A stretch of DNA of 64,000 nt from Promethearchaeia archaeon. GTDB lineage: Archaea; Asgardarchaeota; Lokiarchaeia; Sigyniarchaeales; SOKP01. The translations under genes and the position numbers were made by a program. Under the pieces are notes generated by a model. The model was not told the DNA's origin. It worked only from the letters and a program-made list of their open reading frames with translations, and made no database searches. The stretch is from NCBI GenBank assembly GCA_029856045.1, contig JAHQWG010000047.1, forward strand, positions 208,178-272,177, given 5' to 3'. Every line of letters starts with the position of its first letter. Positions within the stretch are counted from its first letter, which is position 1. Positions 9,669-19,336 of this stretch are shown piece after piece.

Positions 9669-9896
9669 GTGGAAGTTTCAAACTGTTCAGCGAAAGCTTT
9701 TCATATTATTAGAGAGAATAAATGCTCAAAATGTCAAACATTCGACTGTGAAAATGCATGCTTTAGAGGGATCTATAAAGTAATAAACAAGGATTTGGTA
9801 CCAAAATGTATTGTGGTTAAAGAAAGAGAATCGTTCTGTGTAAAATGCCACCTTTGCACAACTGCATGCAAATATAAGGCAATCGAAATATTATAA
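9669..9896 (+). CDS. 2x[4Fe-4S] ferredoxin
   Basis: CSKCQTFDCENAC and CVKCHLCTTAC clusters. Confidence 0.85.
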   Translation: MEVSNCSAKAFHIIRENKCSKCQTFDCENACFRGIYKVINKDLVPKCIVVKERESFCVKCHLCTTACKYKAIEIL

Positions 9897-9991
9897 ACTT
9901 CTATTTAAGTATATCCAAAATATATGAAAATTTTATTATTACCATTTACACTTTATATTAATAAGAGTTAATAATGGAGTGAAAAAAGTAA

Positions 9992-10543
9992 ATGTCAAAA
10001 CAAACCTTTAACGAGAAATTGGGAATTGACAATGATGATAAAAAAATAATAGAAATGCTTGAGGAGAATCCAGATTTAACGCATAGTTATATAGCTGAGG
10101 AAATAGGAAAGAGTCAGCCTGCTATTGGAGCAAGAATTCTAAAATTGGAGCGAAAGCATCTTATAACCAAACAAGTTGGATTGAATCTTAGAAAAGTTGA
10201 TTTAGATGTTGCAATTGTTCAAATTTCTACACGAGATGTTGAAGAAATCATAAAAAAAGTTAAGGATTGCCCTTTCATTAATTATGTATTTAGAATATCT
10301 GGTGAATTTAATCTTATGGTTGTTTTGGCTGCCTCTGATTTAAACATTATAGAAAAAATAGTAGATCTATGTTTTCGTAATGATAAGAATGTATTAAACG
10401 TAAAAACCAATTTTATAATATCTGCAGAGAGAGATTTCGTTATACCTATTGATTTTAAGATTGAAAAATTTGATGGCAACTCTTGCGGACCAAATTGTTA
10501 TCTAAATAAAAATAGACCAACAATAAATATTAAAAGAGATTAA
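9992..10543 (+). CDS. Lrp/AsnC family transcriptional regulator
   Basis: HTH (IAEEIGKSQPAIGARILKLE), RAM domain ISGEFN, C-terminal CGPNC. Confidence 0.9.
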   Translation: MSKQTFNEKLGIDNDDKKIIEMLEENPDLTHSYIAEEIGKSQPAIGARILKLERKHLITKQVGLNLRKVDLDVAIVQISTRDVEEIIKKVKDCPFINYVFRISGEFNLMVVLAASDLNIIEKIVDLCFRNDKNVLNVKTNFIISAERDFVIPIDFKIEKFDGNSCGPNCYLNKNRPTINIKRD

Positions 10544-10554
10544 ACCTTTTCAAT

Positions 10555-11088
10555 CTACGCATTAACTTTTTCAATTAATCTTACACAATCTTCTCCACAA
10601 CCTTTTTCTTTGGTGGGATTTTGATCTTCAGACCTGAAATCCACTGGAAGGATTAAATCTTTAGCAATGTCAACTACAATTTCCATTTTAACATTTGTTA
10701 TATTTTTATTGTTCCTGAAGTGATAATTTACCATATTATCTAATTTATTCAAATTCGAGGCGGTGAGTAATAATAGGATATTTTCCTCGCCCGATAACTT
10801 AAAACAATTAATTATAAACGGGCAGACTTTCGCCATTTCAAAAATATCATTGGGATCTTTAGTTCTTAATGTCACCGATGCTAAAAATAGATCAACTTTC
10901 TTAAAATTAACACCTCTTTGCAACTCCAGAAGTCCTTTTTCCTCCAATTTATGAATACGCATACCTACAGTAGGTTGGGATCTAGAAATCTTATCTGCTA
11001 TTTCCATATGTGTCAAAGTGGGGTTTTCCTGCAACAAATCAATTATATTCCTGTCAACTTCGTCAATTCTAAATTTTGATTCAGTCAT
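10555..11088 (-). CDS. Lrp/AsnC family transcriptional regulator (paralogue)
   Basis: HTH (IADKISRSQPTVGMRIHKLE), LSGEEN, C-terminal CGEDC. Confidence 0.9.
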   Translation of the reverse strand: MTESKFRIDEVDRNIIDLLQENPTLTHMEIADKISRSQPTVGMRIHKLEEKGLLELQRGVNFKKVDLFLASVTLRTKDPNDIFEMAKVCPFIINCFKLSGEENILLLLTASNLNKLDNMVNYHFRNNKNITNVKMEIVVDIAKDLILPVDFRSEDQNPTKEKGCGEDCVRLIEKVNA

Positions 11089-11267
11089 TTTTTTAAAATC
11101 TTTTTTTTTACAATTTTAAATTGAAATTCGGATACTTATAAAATATAAATTAAAGGTTTTTAAAAAAATTTTACAAATTATTTTGATATTCTTTAAAAAC
11201 TTTTTATGTTTTGATCATAATGAATATTTTTTCAACACATAGGATATTTTATCCGTAATTCCTTAAA

Positions 11268-12218
11268 TTATCCACTTGAAATAATAATTACTGCTATTAA
11301 AATTAGAATACCTCCGAATAATGGAACCAAGATATCCTGCTCAATGCCTAAAACAAAAGAAAAAAGTAGAGTCAAGAAGGGTTCTGCATAGAGAAATGAT
11401 GCGACTTTTGAAGCTTCAAGTTTTTTCATACTTGATGCCCACAAAATCCCTCCAATTACACTTGCGATAATTGCAAGATAAGCAACATTTAAGATAACAA
11501 TGGGATTAAGGAAATTTTCAAAAAAGATAGGCAGTTCACCTAAAAATATAACAAATAAAAATAATTCAATAGTTCCAATATATATTACATAACGCATGGT
11601 TTGAGCGGGTGTTAATTTTTTTGTTAATTTTTTCAAGAGGATAGAATATGCAGCCCAAATAATTGGCTGGCCTATACCGAGAAGATTTCCAAATAAGTTT
11701 TGAGAAAACAGATTTAAATTATTAATATCGCCACGTGTCATTAATATTAATGTGCCTATTGTTGCTAAGATAAAACCGATAATTTTAAGATAATTTAATT
11801 TTTCCTTGAAGAAAATTATTGATAATATCATAATGAAAATTGGGGATAATAAACATACTAATAAGGCGGATGTCGAAGGTCCAATCAATTCTATTGCGTT
11901 GTATTGGACAATATAAAAAAGGGAGCCTCCAAGAAAGCTGCAAGCTAAAATTAAAACATAATCTTTTTTTTTAAAATTTAAATTATTTATTATCTCTTCA
12001 TTATTCTTAGAAATCTCTTGATCATTTTTCATGGAACTATTCTTTTTTTTCCATATTTTTTCAAAAAATGTTATCAGTAAGAGAGCAAAAGATGCAATTA
12101 TGAACCGATAAAAAGCAATTGTAATTGGAGTTAAATAATTAATAAGATTATCGACTATAATAAATGAGAAACTCCAAAAAACTATTAGTATCCCCAATAG
12201 GACGTATTCTTTTTTCAT
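11268..12218 (-). CDS. EamA/DMT family transporter
   Basis: About 10 TM; FWSFSF...AFYRF, FFKEKL, duplicated EamA halves. Confidence 0.9.
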   Translation of the reverse strand: MKKEYVLLGILIVFWSFSFIIVDNLINYLTPITIAFYRFIIASFALLLITFFEKIWKKKNSSMKNDQEISKNNEEIINNLNFKKKDYVLILACSFLGGSLFYIVQYNAIELIGPSTSALLVCLLSPIFIMILSIIFFKEKLNYLKIIGFILATIGTLILMTRGDINNLNLFSQNLFGNLLGIGQPIIWAAYSILLKKLTKKLTPAQTMRYVIYIGTIELFLFVIFLGELPIFFENFLNPIVILNVAYLAIIASVIGGILWASSMKKLEASKVASFLYAEPFLTLLFSFVLGIEQDILVPLFGGILILIAVIIISSG

Positions 12219-12384
12219 TGATGATAAGCAGATATATTAAAAATGTTAATTTAAACAAAGAAGAGTGGTTTATTACTTTTTATCTTGAATAGATATGTAA
12301 ATGAAAATTCCATATTATGTCGATATTACATAGTAATATTTAGATCTACTTCAAATGTATATCTAGATAATATAACATAATTTC

Positions 12385-13596
12385 ATGATTTATATGGAAT
12401 TTCAAGAGCCTATTATAAGAAAGGTCGATTCCTTTAATTTAGATTCCTTTCAAGATAGAAGATTAAAAACTTTTTTGAATGCAGGGATTAAAAATGCTTT
12501 TCCATCCAAAGAAGGCATTAATATTCCGAAAAAGGGAGATTCCGATGAATTCTTAGCGGATTTATTAAATGTTTTGAATATTAAGACATTGGTTGTAGGA
12601 GTGGGAGGAGCCGGCAATAATACAGTATCTCGATTGCAAGAGGGGGGGATTATTGGAGCTGAGACATTAAACGTAAATACAGATGCTCAAGATTTGTATT
12701 ATTCACATGCGAGTTCAAAGTTATTGATTGGAAAAGAAATTTCCAAAGGGTTGGGGTCAGGAAATAATCCTGAAATAGGAAAGGAATCTGCTGAATGTGA
12801 CGTTAAAAGAATTAGAGAATTCATGGATGCAGATGTAGTATTTTTAACGTGTGGATTAGGAGGAGGTACAGGAACTGGTGCTACTCCTATTATTGCAAGA
12901 GAAGCAAAAAAAGCAGGTGCCGTCGTTGTTACTTTCTGCACATTACCGTTTGGAATGGAGGGAGAAAAAAGGAGCTTGCGCGCGAATAGTGCATTAAGAG
13001 AATTAGCACAATATTCGGACTCGTTAATTCCCATTCCAAACGACCGTCTATTTAAGTTGGACCAAAACATTTCAATGATGACTGGATTTAAGATTATGGA
13101 TGAAGTTCTTGTCAGAAGTTGCAGATCTTTGGTAGGTCTTATAAATAATTGTGGGATGGTCAATTTAGATTATGCTGATGTGAAAAATGTTCTTAGAAAA
13201 ACTGGGAAATATCCATCAGGAATTATTGGAATCGCTGAATCAGTAGGAGATAAAAATGACCTTATAAATAAAACAAAATTGGCTATTAATAATCCCCTTC
13301 TAGAACCCGATACAAAAAAAATTGATCAGTGCATAGTTTCAATATCTGGAGACCATGATATTCCATTATCAAAAATAGACAACGTAGTATCCACTGTTTC
13401 AAGTGAAATATCTAAAGAGGCCGATTTAAAATTCGGTGCCATGATAAATCCAACTTTGGGTTCAAAAACTCAAATCCTATTTTTAGGAAAAGGACCGATT
13501 TCTCCATTATTACTTAAAGCGGTTAATTCGGAGGAAGGTAGGAACGATATTGAAGAAGATATGGGTTATAAAAATGTAATTAATCGCCTTTTTTGA
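12385..13596 (+). CDS. ftsZ: Cell division protein FtsZ
   Basis: GVGGAGNN, NTDAQ, GGGTGTG signature, PFGMEG, T7 loop NLDYAD. Confidence 0.95.
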   Translation: MIYMEFQEPIIRKVDSFNLDSFQDRRLKTFLNAGIKNAFPSKEGINIPKKGDSDEFLADLLNVLNIKTLVVGVGGAGNNTVSRLQEGGIIGAETLNVNTDAQDLYYSHASSKLLIGKEISKGLGSGNNPEIGKESAECDVKRIREFMDADVVFLTCGLGGGTGTGATPIIAREAKKAGAVVVTFCTLPFGMEGEKRSLRANSALRELAQYSDSLIPIPNDRLFKLDQNISMMTGFKIMDEVLVRSCRSLVGLINNCGMVNLDYADVKNVLRKTGKYPSGIIGIAESVGDKNDLINKTKLAINNPLLEPDTKKIDQCIVSISGDHDIPLSKIDNVVSTVSSEISKEADLKFGAMINPTLGSKTQILFLGKGPISPLLLKAVNSEEGRNDIEEDMGYKNVINRLF

Positions 13597-13724
13597 TTAA
13601 TTACATCCTTTTAATTTTAAGTTGTTGATTATTTATTCTAATAATTCATATCATAGGCCAATATATTTCAAAATTATTCATTAGAGCAATTTTAAATTAG
13701 ATATCATATTATGCTTTTTTAACG

Positions 13725-14351
13725 ATGATTCAATTTGACATTAAAACCATAGTTTTTGATTTAGGTGGTGTATTATTCACATCGGGGACAACATTAGCTA
13801 TAAAAAAAATTGCAATTAATTATGGAATTAATTATAGAAAAGTCGGAGTAATATTTCTTGATAAAACTCATGAACTGGGCTATAAATTAAGGAGTGGAAT
13901 GATCTCTATGGAAGAGTTCTTAGATAATGTAATTAAAAAACTAAATTTGGAAGAAGAAGATAAAGAGCATATACAAAATATTTGGTTTAATTCGTATATA
14001 CCTCATTTTGGAATGTTTGATTTAATAAAAAATTTGAAGAAAAATTATAGATTAGTGATTTTTAGCGGAAATGTTAAAACGAGGATAGCTTTTCTTAATA
14101 AAAGGTATGATTTTCTGAAATATTTTGATGATTACGTTTTTAGTTATATTTATCATCATAATAAAAAAGAAATAGAATTTTATAATGAATTGATCAATCA
14201 TCTTGGGTGTGAGCCAAATCAATCTTTATTAATTGATGATAGTAGTAAGGCCGTTAAAATTGCCCGATCTCTTAATCTAAATGCAATAATTTATTATTAT
14301 CCTGAGAAGTTAATTAAAGATTTAAAAAATTTTAATATAAAAATAAATTAA
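13725..14351 (+). CDS. HAD-superfamily phosphatase (YihX-like)
   Basis: FDLGGVL motif I, SGN motif II, IDD motif IV. Confidence 0.85.
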   Translation: MIQFDIKTIVFDLGGVLFTSGTTLAIKKIAINYGINYRKVGVIFLDKTHELGYKLRSGMISMEEFLDNVIKKLNLEEEDKEHIQNIWFNSYIPHFGMFDLIKNLKKNYRLVIFSGNVKTRIAFLNKRYDFLKYFDDYVFSYIYHHNKKEIEFYNELINHLGCEPNQSLLIDDSSKAVKIARSLNLNAIIYYYPEKLIKDLKNFNIKIN

Positions 14352-14365
14352 CGAGAGGGAATGCT

Positions 14366-14566
14366 ATTCCGAAGAAATGTAAATGGTATAATTGCTGCCC
14401 ATTGAAATTTTTTTACGAGCAGGACAATTTAGAAGAAAAATGGGTCAGAGATTATTGTTGGATAGGCAATAAAAATTGCATAAGATATCAAAAAGAAGAA
14501 GCTGGAATACCTCATCCAGATAATATGATGCCAGATGGTAGTATAAGAGAGGATTTAAAATATTAA
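14366..14566 (+). CDS. Small Cys-rich protein (CKWY..CP...YC...C.RY...HPDNM.PDG family); probable ATT start
   Basis: Not in track; (I/M)PKKCKWYNCCPLKFFYEQDNLEEKWVRDYCWIGNKNCIRYQKEEAGIPHPDNMMPDGSIREDLKY; GAGAGGGA SD precedes ATT 14366. Confidence 0.7.
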   Translation: MPKKCKWYNCCPLKFFYEQDNLEEKWVRDYCWIGNKNCIRYQKEEAGIPHPDNMMPDGSIREDLKY

Positions 14567-15235
14567 TGTGCTTCCAGCTTTTATTTCTACAAAATTATTG
14601 GGAAAATTTTTTCTTATTTTATTAGTTTTTGATGTACAATGACAGGGAGCAATTAAATCGATTCCTTCTAAAGCATATAACTTATCGAATCCGTGAAAAC
14701 CTCCCAATACAGCGCGGATTTTTCCTAATTCCTTAGCATTTTCTATTATATTTTCTAAGCCTGGATGGGCACATCCTGTAATTATCACAATTCCTTCTTC
14801 TGACTTTAAAAATAAAGAGATTTCGGGTATTCCTGTTCCCAATTCTTTTGAGCAATAAATATTATCACCAATCTCAGTTATTTCCTTTATTCCATGAATC
14901 TTAACATCGGATGGCATTTGATTTGACATAAAATCTTTTTTTGAATAAGCTAGATAAAGTTCGATATTAGGATTTATTGCAATAAGACTCATTAATCCCC
15001 CAGCATGATCCATATGCGTATGAGAAAGAATTACTTTTTGAATTTTTTCAACTTCAATATTAAATTTATTAAGATTATGTGCCAATTTAGGAAAGTCACC
15101 ACCGGTATCAAAGAGCAAAATCTTATTTGAATAATTATTCACAATAATTGCCCCAAATCCCCATCCAGATTGGAATCCAGGGAGGGCATTATTATCGAAG
15201 ACTATTTTTACTTCAAAATTATGTTTATTTTTCAT
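14555..15235 (-). CDS. Metallo-beta-lactamase-fold hydrolase (MJ0448/COG1237-like)
   Basis: FDTG, SHTHMDHAGG, TGCAHPG, GGFH, PCHCT. Confidence 0.85.
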   Translation of the reverse strand: MKNKHNFEVKIVFDNNALPGFQSGWGFGAIIVNNYSNKILLFDTGGDFPKLAHNLNKFNIEVEKIQKVILSHTHMDHAGGLMSLIAINPNIELYLAYSKKDFMSNQMPSDVKIHGIKEITEIGDNIYCSKELGTGIPEISLFLKSEEGIVIITGCAHPGLENIIENAKELGKIRAVLGGFHGFDKLYALEGIDLIAPCHCTSKTNKIRKNFPNNFVEIKAGSTLIF

Positions 15236-15324
15236 GAGATTATACCAATATCTTAAAAGAGATATGATTTAAAAAATTATTGAGCTTTATGATAAGAAAG
15301 AGAAATGAAATGATTATATCTAGA

Positions 15325-18243
15325 TTAAGATTTTTTGATTAAATCAATACAATATTCTAAAATAGCAGTTTCTTTTATTGTTTTATCAGGAATTAATCCT
15401 TGTCCGTAATTTAATTTACCTCCGCCTTTCCCTCCAAAATTTTGGACACAAGTCTTTATTATTTTGCCCATATTGAGATTGGATTTTTGAGAAGCTTCAG
15501 ATCCTAACAAACCTAATAGAATTGTTCCCTGCTTTTCTTTACTGGTAAAAATTGTGATTGTCTCGGGGACTTTCTTAAAAATCTTAATTGATAAATTCTT
15601 CATATCATCTTGATTAATTGCATCAAATGATCGCATAATGATTTTAAATTCTTTAAATTGTTTAGCATCTTCAATATATTTTTCAATTGCGCTATCACCA
15701 AAAATATTATTTATTTTTTCTAATTTTTGTTTACTTTCCTCCCATTCGCCGTAGAATTTTTTAACTCTTTCTACGATAAGTTCAATTTGGGAATTTAGAA
15801 TTTTGGCAACCTCTTCCAAGATATCTCCTTTTTTTTCTTCAGTGGAAGTTAAAACTAGATCCTCTGGATTAATTTGACCTGAAGTAAGAGATTTTCTGGT
15901 TGATTTCCATTTTTTTATTAATTCTTGTACTCTGGCGGGTATTTGGGATGCGGAGACATGTAATACATCTTCTAATTCTTGAATTAATTTTTCATAAATG
16001 TATTTTAATTCTTTTGTAGCATTATCAGCAGTGAATGTTATTCTGACAATACCATCTTGTATTTTTTGAGATTTTAAAATTTTTATTTCACCTGCTTCTC
16101 CTGTTCTATTTAAATGAGTTCCACCACACGCTTCGACTTCTAAATTAGGTATTTCGACAATTCTAATCAGTTTACCGGGAACTGCACCACCTTGATAGAT
16201 GCTCATTCCGTACTTATTTTCAGCTTCGGAACGAGGCATAAAGGATAGATTTGTTTTTAAATTCTTTTTAACAATATCATTTGATATAGCTTCAATTTTT
16301 TTAAGATCCTCATCAGAAATTGCATTATAATGAGTTACATCGAGATGGGCTTTTTCTTGAGATTTTTTTGCGCCTGCTTGGTTGATATGAGCACCTAAGA
16401 CTTCTCTTGTTGCGGCATTTATAATGTGGGTTGTAGTGTGATGTTGTGCTATTTGTTTCCGCCATTTTTTATCAAGAATAACATTAACTATATCACCTTC
16501 TTTAAATTTAGGTGGATCGTCCATAACATGAACTATATGTTTTCCCTCCTTAATTACATCTAAAAATTTCTCTCCATTTATAGTTCCAATATCATGTAAT
16601 TGGCCACCAGAAGTTGGGTATGCCACAGATTTGTCAAGAATCACGTACTTATCTATTATTTTTAATACTTTTCCTTTATTAGAATAATCTTCATAATTAT
16701 CAAAATAAAGTGATTGGGTTTCAGGTATATTACTTAAATCAATATCGAGCTCTTTCTGAGTAGCATAGACTTGTTCCTTTTTCTCATGTAATGCAACAAC
16801 TCTACTATAAAAATCATCGGGAATTTTAACTTTTACGCCTAGTTGTTTTGCCTCTTCCACGACCATATCAGGGCTTATACCGTTAGAATCATATAACTTA
16901 ATTAGGGTTTCTTCTGAAATTTCTCCTTTTTTAATTTCATTTTTAACGATTTTTGCCGCATTCTTTTTAGTTTGATAATATTTCTTTTTTTCAACATTCA
17001 ATATTTGCCTTAACTCATCTAAATGTTCGCTGACCTCTGGAAATAATTCCTTTAATTCTTCAGCGTGCCATTCACATACATCTGCAATGTTAATATCCCA
17101 ATTAAATTGGTCTATAAAAGAAATGGCTCTTCTAAAAATTACCCTTAAATTATAACCTCCTCCTACATTTGAGGGTAATTTTCCATCATTAATTGCAAAT
17201 AATAAAGTTCTTGCATGCTCGGCGATTGAATATAAGCCTGCCATTGGCATGATTTTTTTTTCTAATTCCATCACATCCATATTTAATTCCTGAGCGACTC
17301 TTTCCCATGCTTTTCCTAAATCATCGACTTCATCTATGTTTAGATACGCAGAATATTGTGAAAATTTATTATATAATTCTAAATCTAAATCAATTTTTGC
17401 TTTTTCTCTTAATCTTGATAATACTAAGGGGAATACAGCTTCATACATATTTGGAGTACCTTGTGAGAACCAAGCAACCCGTTCCTGACCAAGACCCATG
17501 TCTAAAACTTTTAATGGAAGTTCGCGAGAACCTTCTGGTGTTTGTTCAAACATAGTATATACTTGATTAAACAACTCAACCCCTCTACTAAAAAATTCAA
17601 GACTACAACCGTAGGAACCTCCTCCAGCCCAACTATCTTCATGAATTGTTAATTCATGTTTTGAAACTCCTACTCCCTCAGTAATAAAATCATACATATC
17701 GAGAAAATATTCACCTTGTTTCCATTCTTCAGGTTTCACAAATGCATGCTGCCCGATCATTACAAATCCTGTACAATGGCTTCCCGTAATACCTACATTT
17801 TCAATATCAGAAAATCTCAAGCAAAATTGAGGAATAATTAATTTCTTTGCAGGAGGTTCAACTTCACCTGTTATCACATATGGTTGAAATGCAGAAATTG
17901 AAGCAATAGTAAATTCAGTAGTGGGATTCCATCTTGCAACACAGGGATATCGGTTTACTGGTTTATATCCTCGAGGTTTTAAAATTTCTACGATTTTTTT
18001 CCAAACACCGATAAAGGAGAGTTGGATTTTAGAGGGATTATCTTCAACAACTTGAAAACCTCCCGAACAAGTGGGGTCTCCGCACACTTCTCTATCTTCA
18101 TGAGTAGTCCAAAAATAAGTTCCACATTTGCACAGTTTCCTAATAAAACCTTTATTTCTTAATTCTTTAGTAGGAAAATATTTTTCTGGATCAGCAGATG
18201 CAATTTTTCTGAAGACTTCCTTCTGTTCCTTATCAGAGAGCAT
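15325..18243 (-). CDS. alaS: Alanine--tRNA ligase (archaeal type)
   Basis: N-terminal CKC...CGDPTC, FTIASISAFQP, DMGLGQER, editing HTTTH and CGGTH, C-Ala GKGGG. Confidence 0.95.
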   Translation of the reverse strand: MLSDKEQKEVFRKIASADPEKYFPTKELRNKGFIRKLCKCGTYFWTTHEDREVCGDPTCSGGFQVVEDNPSKIQLSFIGVWKKIVEILKPRGYKPVNRYPCVARWNPTTEFTIASISAFQPYVITGEVEPPAKKLIIPQFCLRFSDIENVGITGSHCTGFVMIGQHAFVKPEEWKQGEYFLDMYDFITEGVGVSKHELTIHEDSWAGGGSYGCSLEFFSRGVELFNQVYTMFEQTPEGSRELPLKVLDMGLGQERVAWFSQGTPNMYEAVFPLVLSRLREKAKIDLDLELYNKFSQYSAYLNIDEVDDLGKAWERVAQELNMDVMELEKKIMPMAGLYSIAEHARTLLFAINDGKLPSNVGGGYNLRVIFRRAISFIDQFNWDINIADVCEWHAEELKELFPEVSEHLDELRQILNVEKKKYYQTKKNAAKIVKNEIKKGEISEETLIKLYDSNGISPDMVVEEAKQLGVKVKIPDDFYSRVVALHEKKEQVYATQKELDIDLSNIPETQSLYFDNYEDYSNKGKVLKIIDKYVILDKSVAYPTSGGQLHDIGTINGEKFLDVIKEGKHIVHVMDDPPKFKEGDIVNVILDKKWRKQIAQHHTTTHIINAATREVLGAHINQAGAKKSQEKAHLDVTHYNAISDEDLKKIEAISNDIVKKNLKTNLSFMPRSEAENKYGMSIYQGGAVPGKLIRIVEIPNLEVEACGGTHLNRTGEAGEIKILKSQKIQDGIVRITFTADNATKELKYIYEKLIQELEDVLHVSASQIPARVQELIKKWKSTRKSLTSGQINPEDLVLTSTEEKKGDILEEVAKILNSQIELIVERVKKFYGEWEESKQKLEKINNIFGDSAIEKYIEDAKQFKEFKIIMRSFDAINQDDMKNLSIKIFKKVPETITIFTSKEKQGTILLGLLGSEASQKSNLNMGKIIKTCVQNFGGKGGGKLNYGQGLIPDKTIKETAILEYCIDLIKKS

Positions 18244-18403
18244 AATATGATATATTTAAATTTCAAACAATGGTATTAACTAACTTATTTTTATATTGTT
18301 ATGGACTCCTTAATTATTTTTTTATTATCGAAAAAAAAATAAAAATTATTAAATTGTAAAGGATGTTGAGATACATTAAGGAAATGCTATTGGAGAAATA
18401 AAA

Positions 18404-19321
18404 ATGGAGAAAGGAAAAAGGAAAATTGTTGAGTCAGTGCCCAATTTTAGTGAAGGAACTGATAGTACTAAAGTTGAAGCGATTGTTTCTGAAATCAGAA
18501 ATACTCATGAGACTCGTATTGTAGATATTCAATATGATTCTGATTATAATCGAGCAGTTATTACATTTATTGGAACACCAGAAGCAGTACTTAAAGCAAA
18601 TATTGCTGCTGCTAAAAAAGCCATCAAATTGATTGATATGAATAAACACAAGGGACAGCATCCACGTATAGGTGCGGTTGATGTTTGTCCATTTGTACCT
18701 GCTCAAAATGTTACTATTGAAGAATGTAAAGACTTAGCAATAAATTTTGCTGAAGCGATGACAAAGGAAGGAGTTCCAGTTTATCTTTATGAAGAATCCG
18801 CTACTAAACCAGAGAGGAGAAATATTGATAATATCCGCATAGGCGAATATGAGGGTTTGAAAGAAACAATAAAAACGAACCATGAACATAAACCAGATTA
18901 TGGACCTTCCGAATTCCATCCAACTGCTGGTGCAACGATTACAGGCGCCAGATATCCTTTAATTAGTTTTAATATTAATCTTGGAACAACAGACGTTAAA
19001 ATAGCTAAGAAGGTTGCTAAACGGATTCATCAACGCTCTGGAGGACTCGTAAATGTTAAAGCAATGGGAACGGAAATAAAAGAGCGAGATTGTGTTCAAG
19101 TAGGGATTAGCAATATTAATTTTAGAAAAACACCACTCTATCGGCAGATGGAACTCGTTAAAATTGAAGCGGCGCGGTATGGAGTTCCAGTGGTTGGTTC
19201 AGAATTAATTGGTGTTCTCCCCATAGATGCAGTGCTTAACTCGTTGGATTACTATTTACAACTCGAATCTCCCAAGAAGCTTGAGCAGAAGCATTTATTA
19301 GAGTATTATTTTGATTTTTAA
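18404..19321 (+). CDS. ftcD: Glutamate formiminotransferase (no cyclodeaminase domain)
   Basis: ESVPNFSEG, HKGQHPRIGAVDVCPFVP, GSELIG. Confidence 0.93.
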   Translation: MEKGKRKIVESVPNFSEGTDSTKVEAIVSEIRNTHETRIVDIQYDSDYNRAVITFIGTPEAVLKANIAAAKKAIKLIDMNKHKGQHPRIGAVDVCPFVPAQNVTIEECKDLAINFAEAMTKEGVPVYLYEESATKPERRNIDNIRIGEYEGLKETIKTNHEHKPDYGPSEFHPTAGATITGARYPLISFNINLGTTDVKIAKKVAKRIHQRSGGLVNVKAMGTEIKERDCVQVGISNINFRKTPLYRQMELVKIEAARYGVPVVGSELIGVLPIDAVLNSLDYYLQLESPKKLEQKHLLEYYFDF

Positions 19322-19336
19322 TATTAATAAATACAA

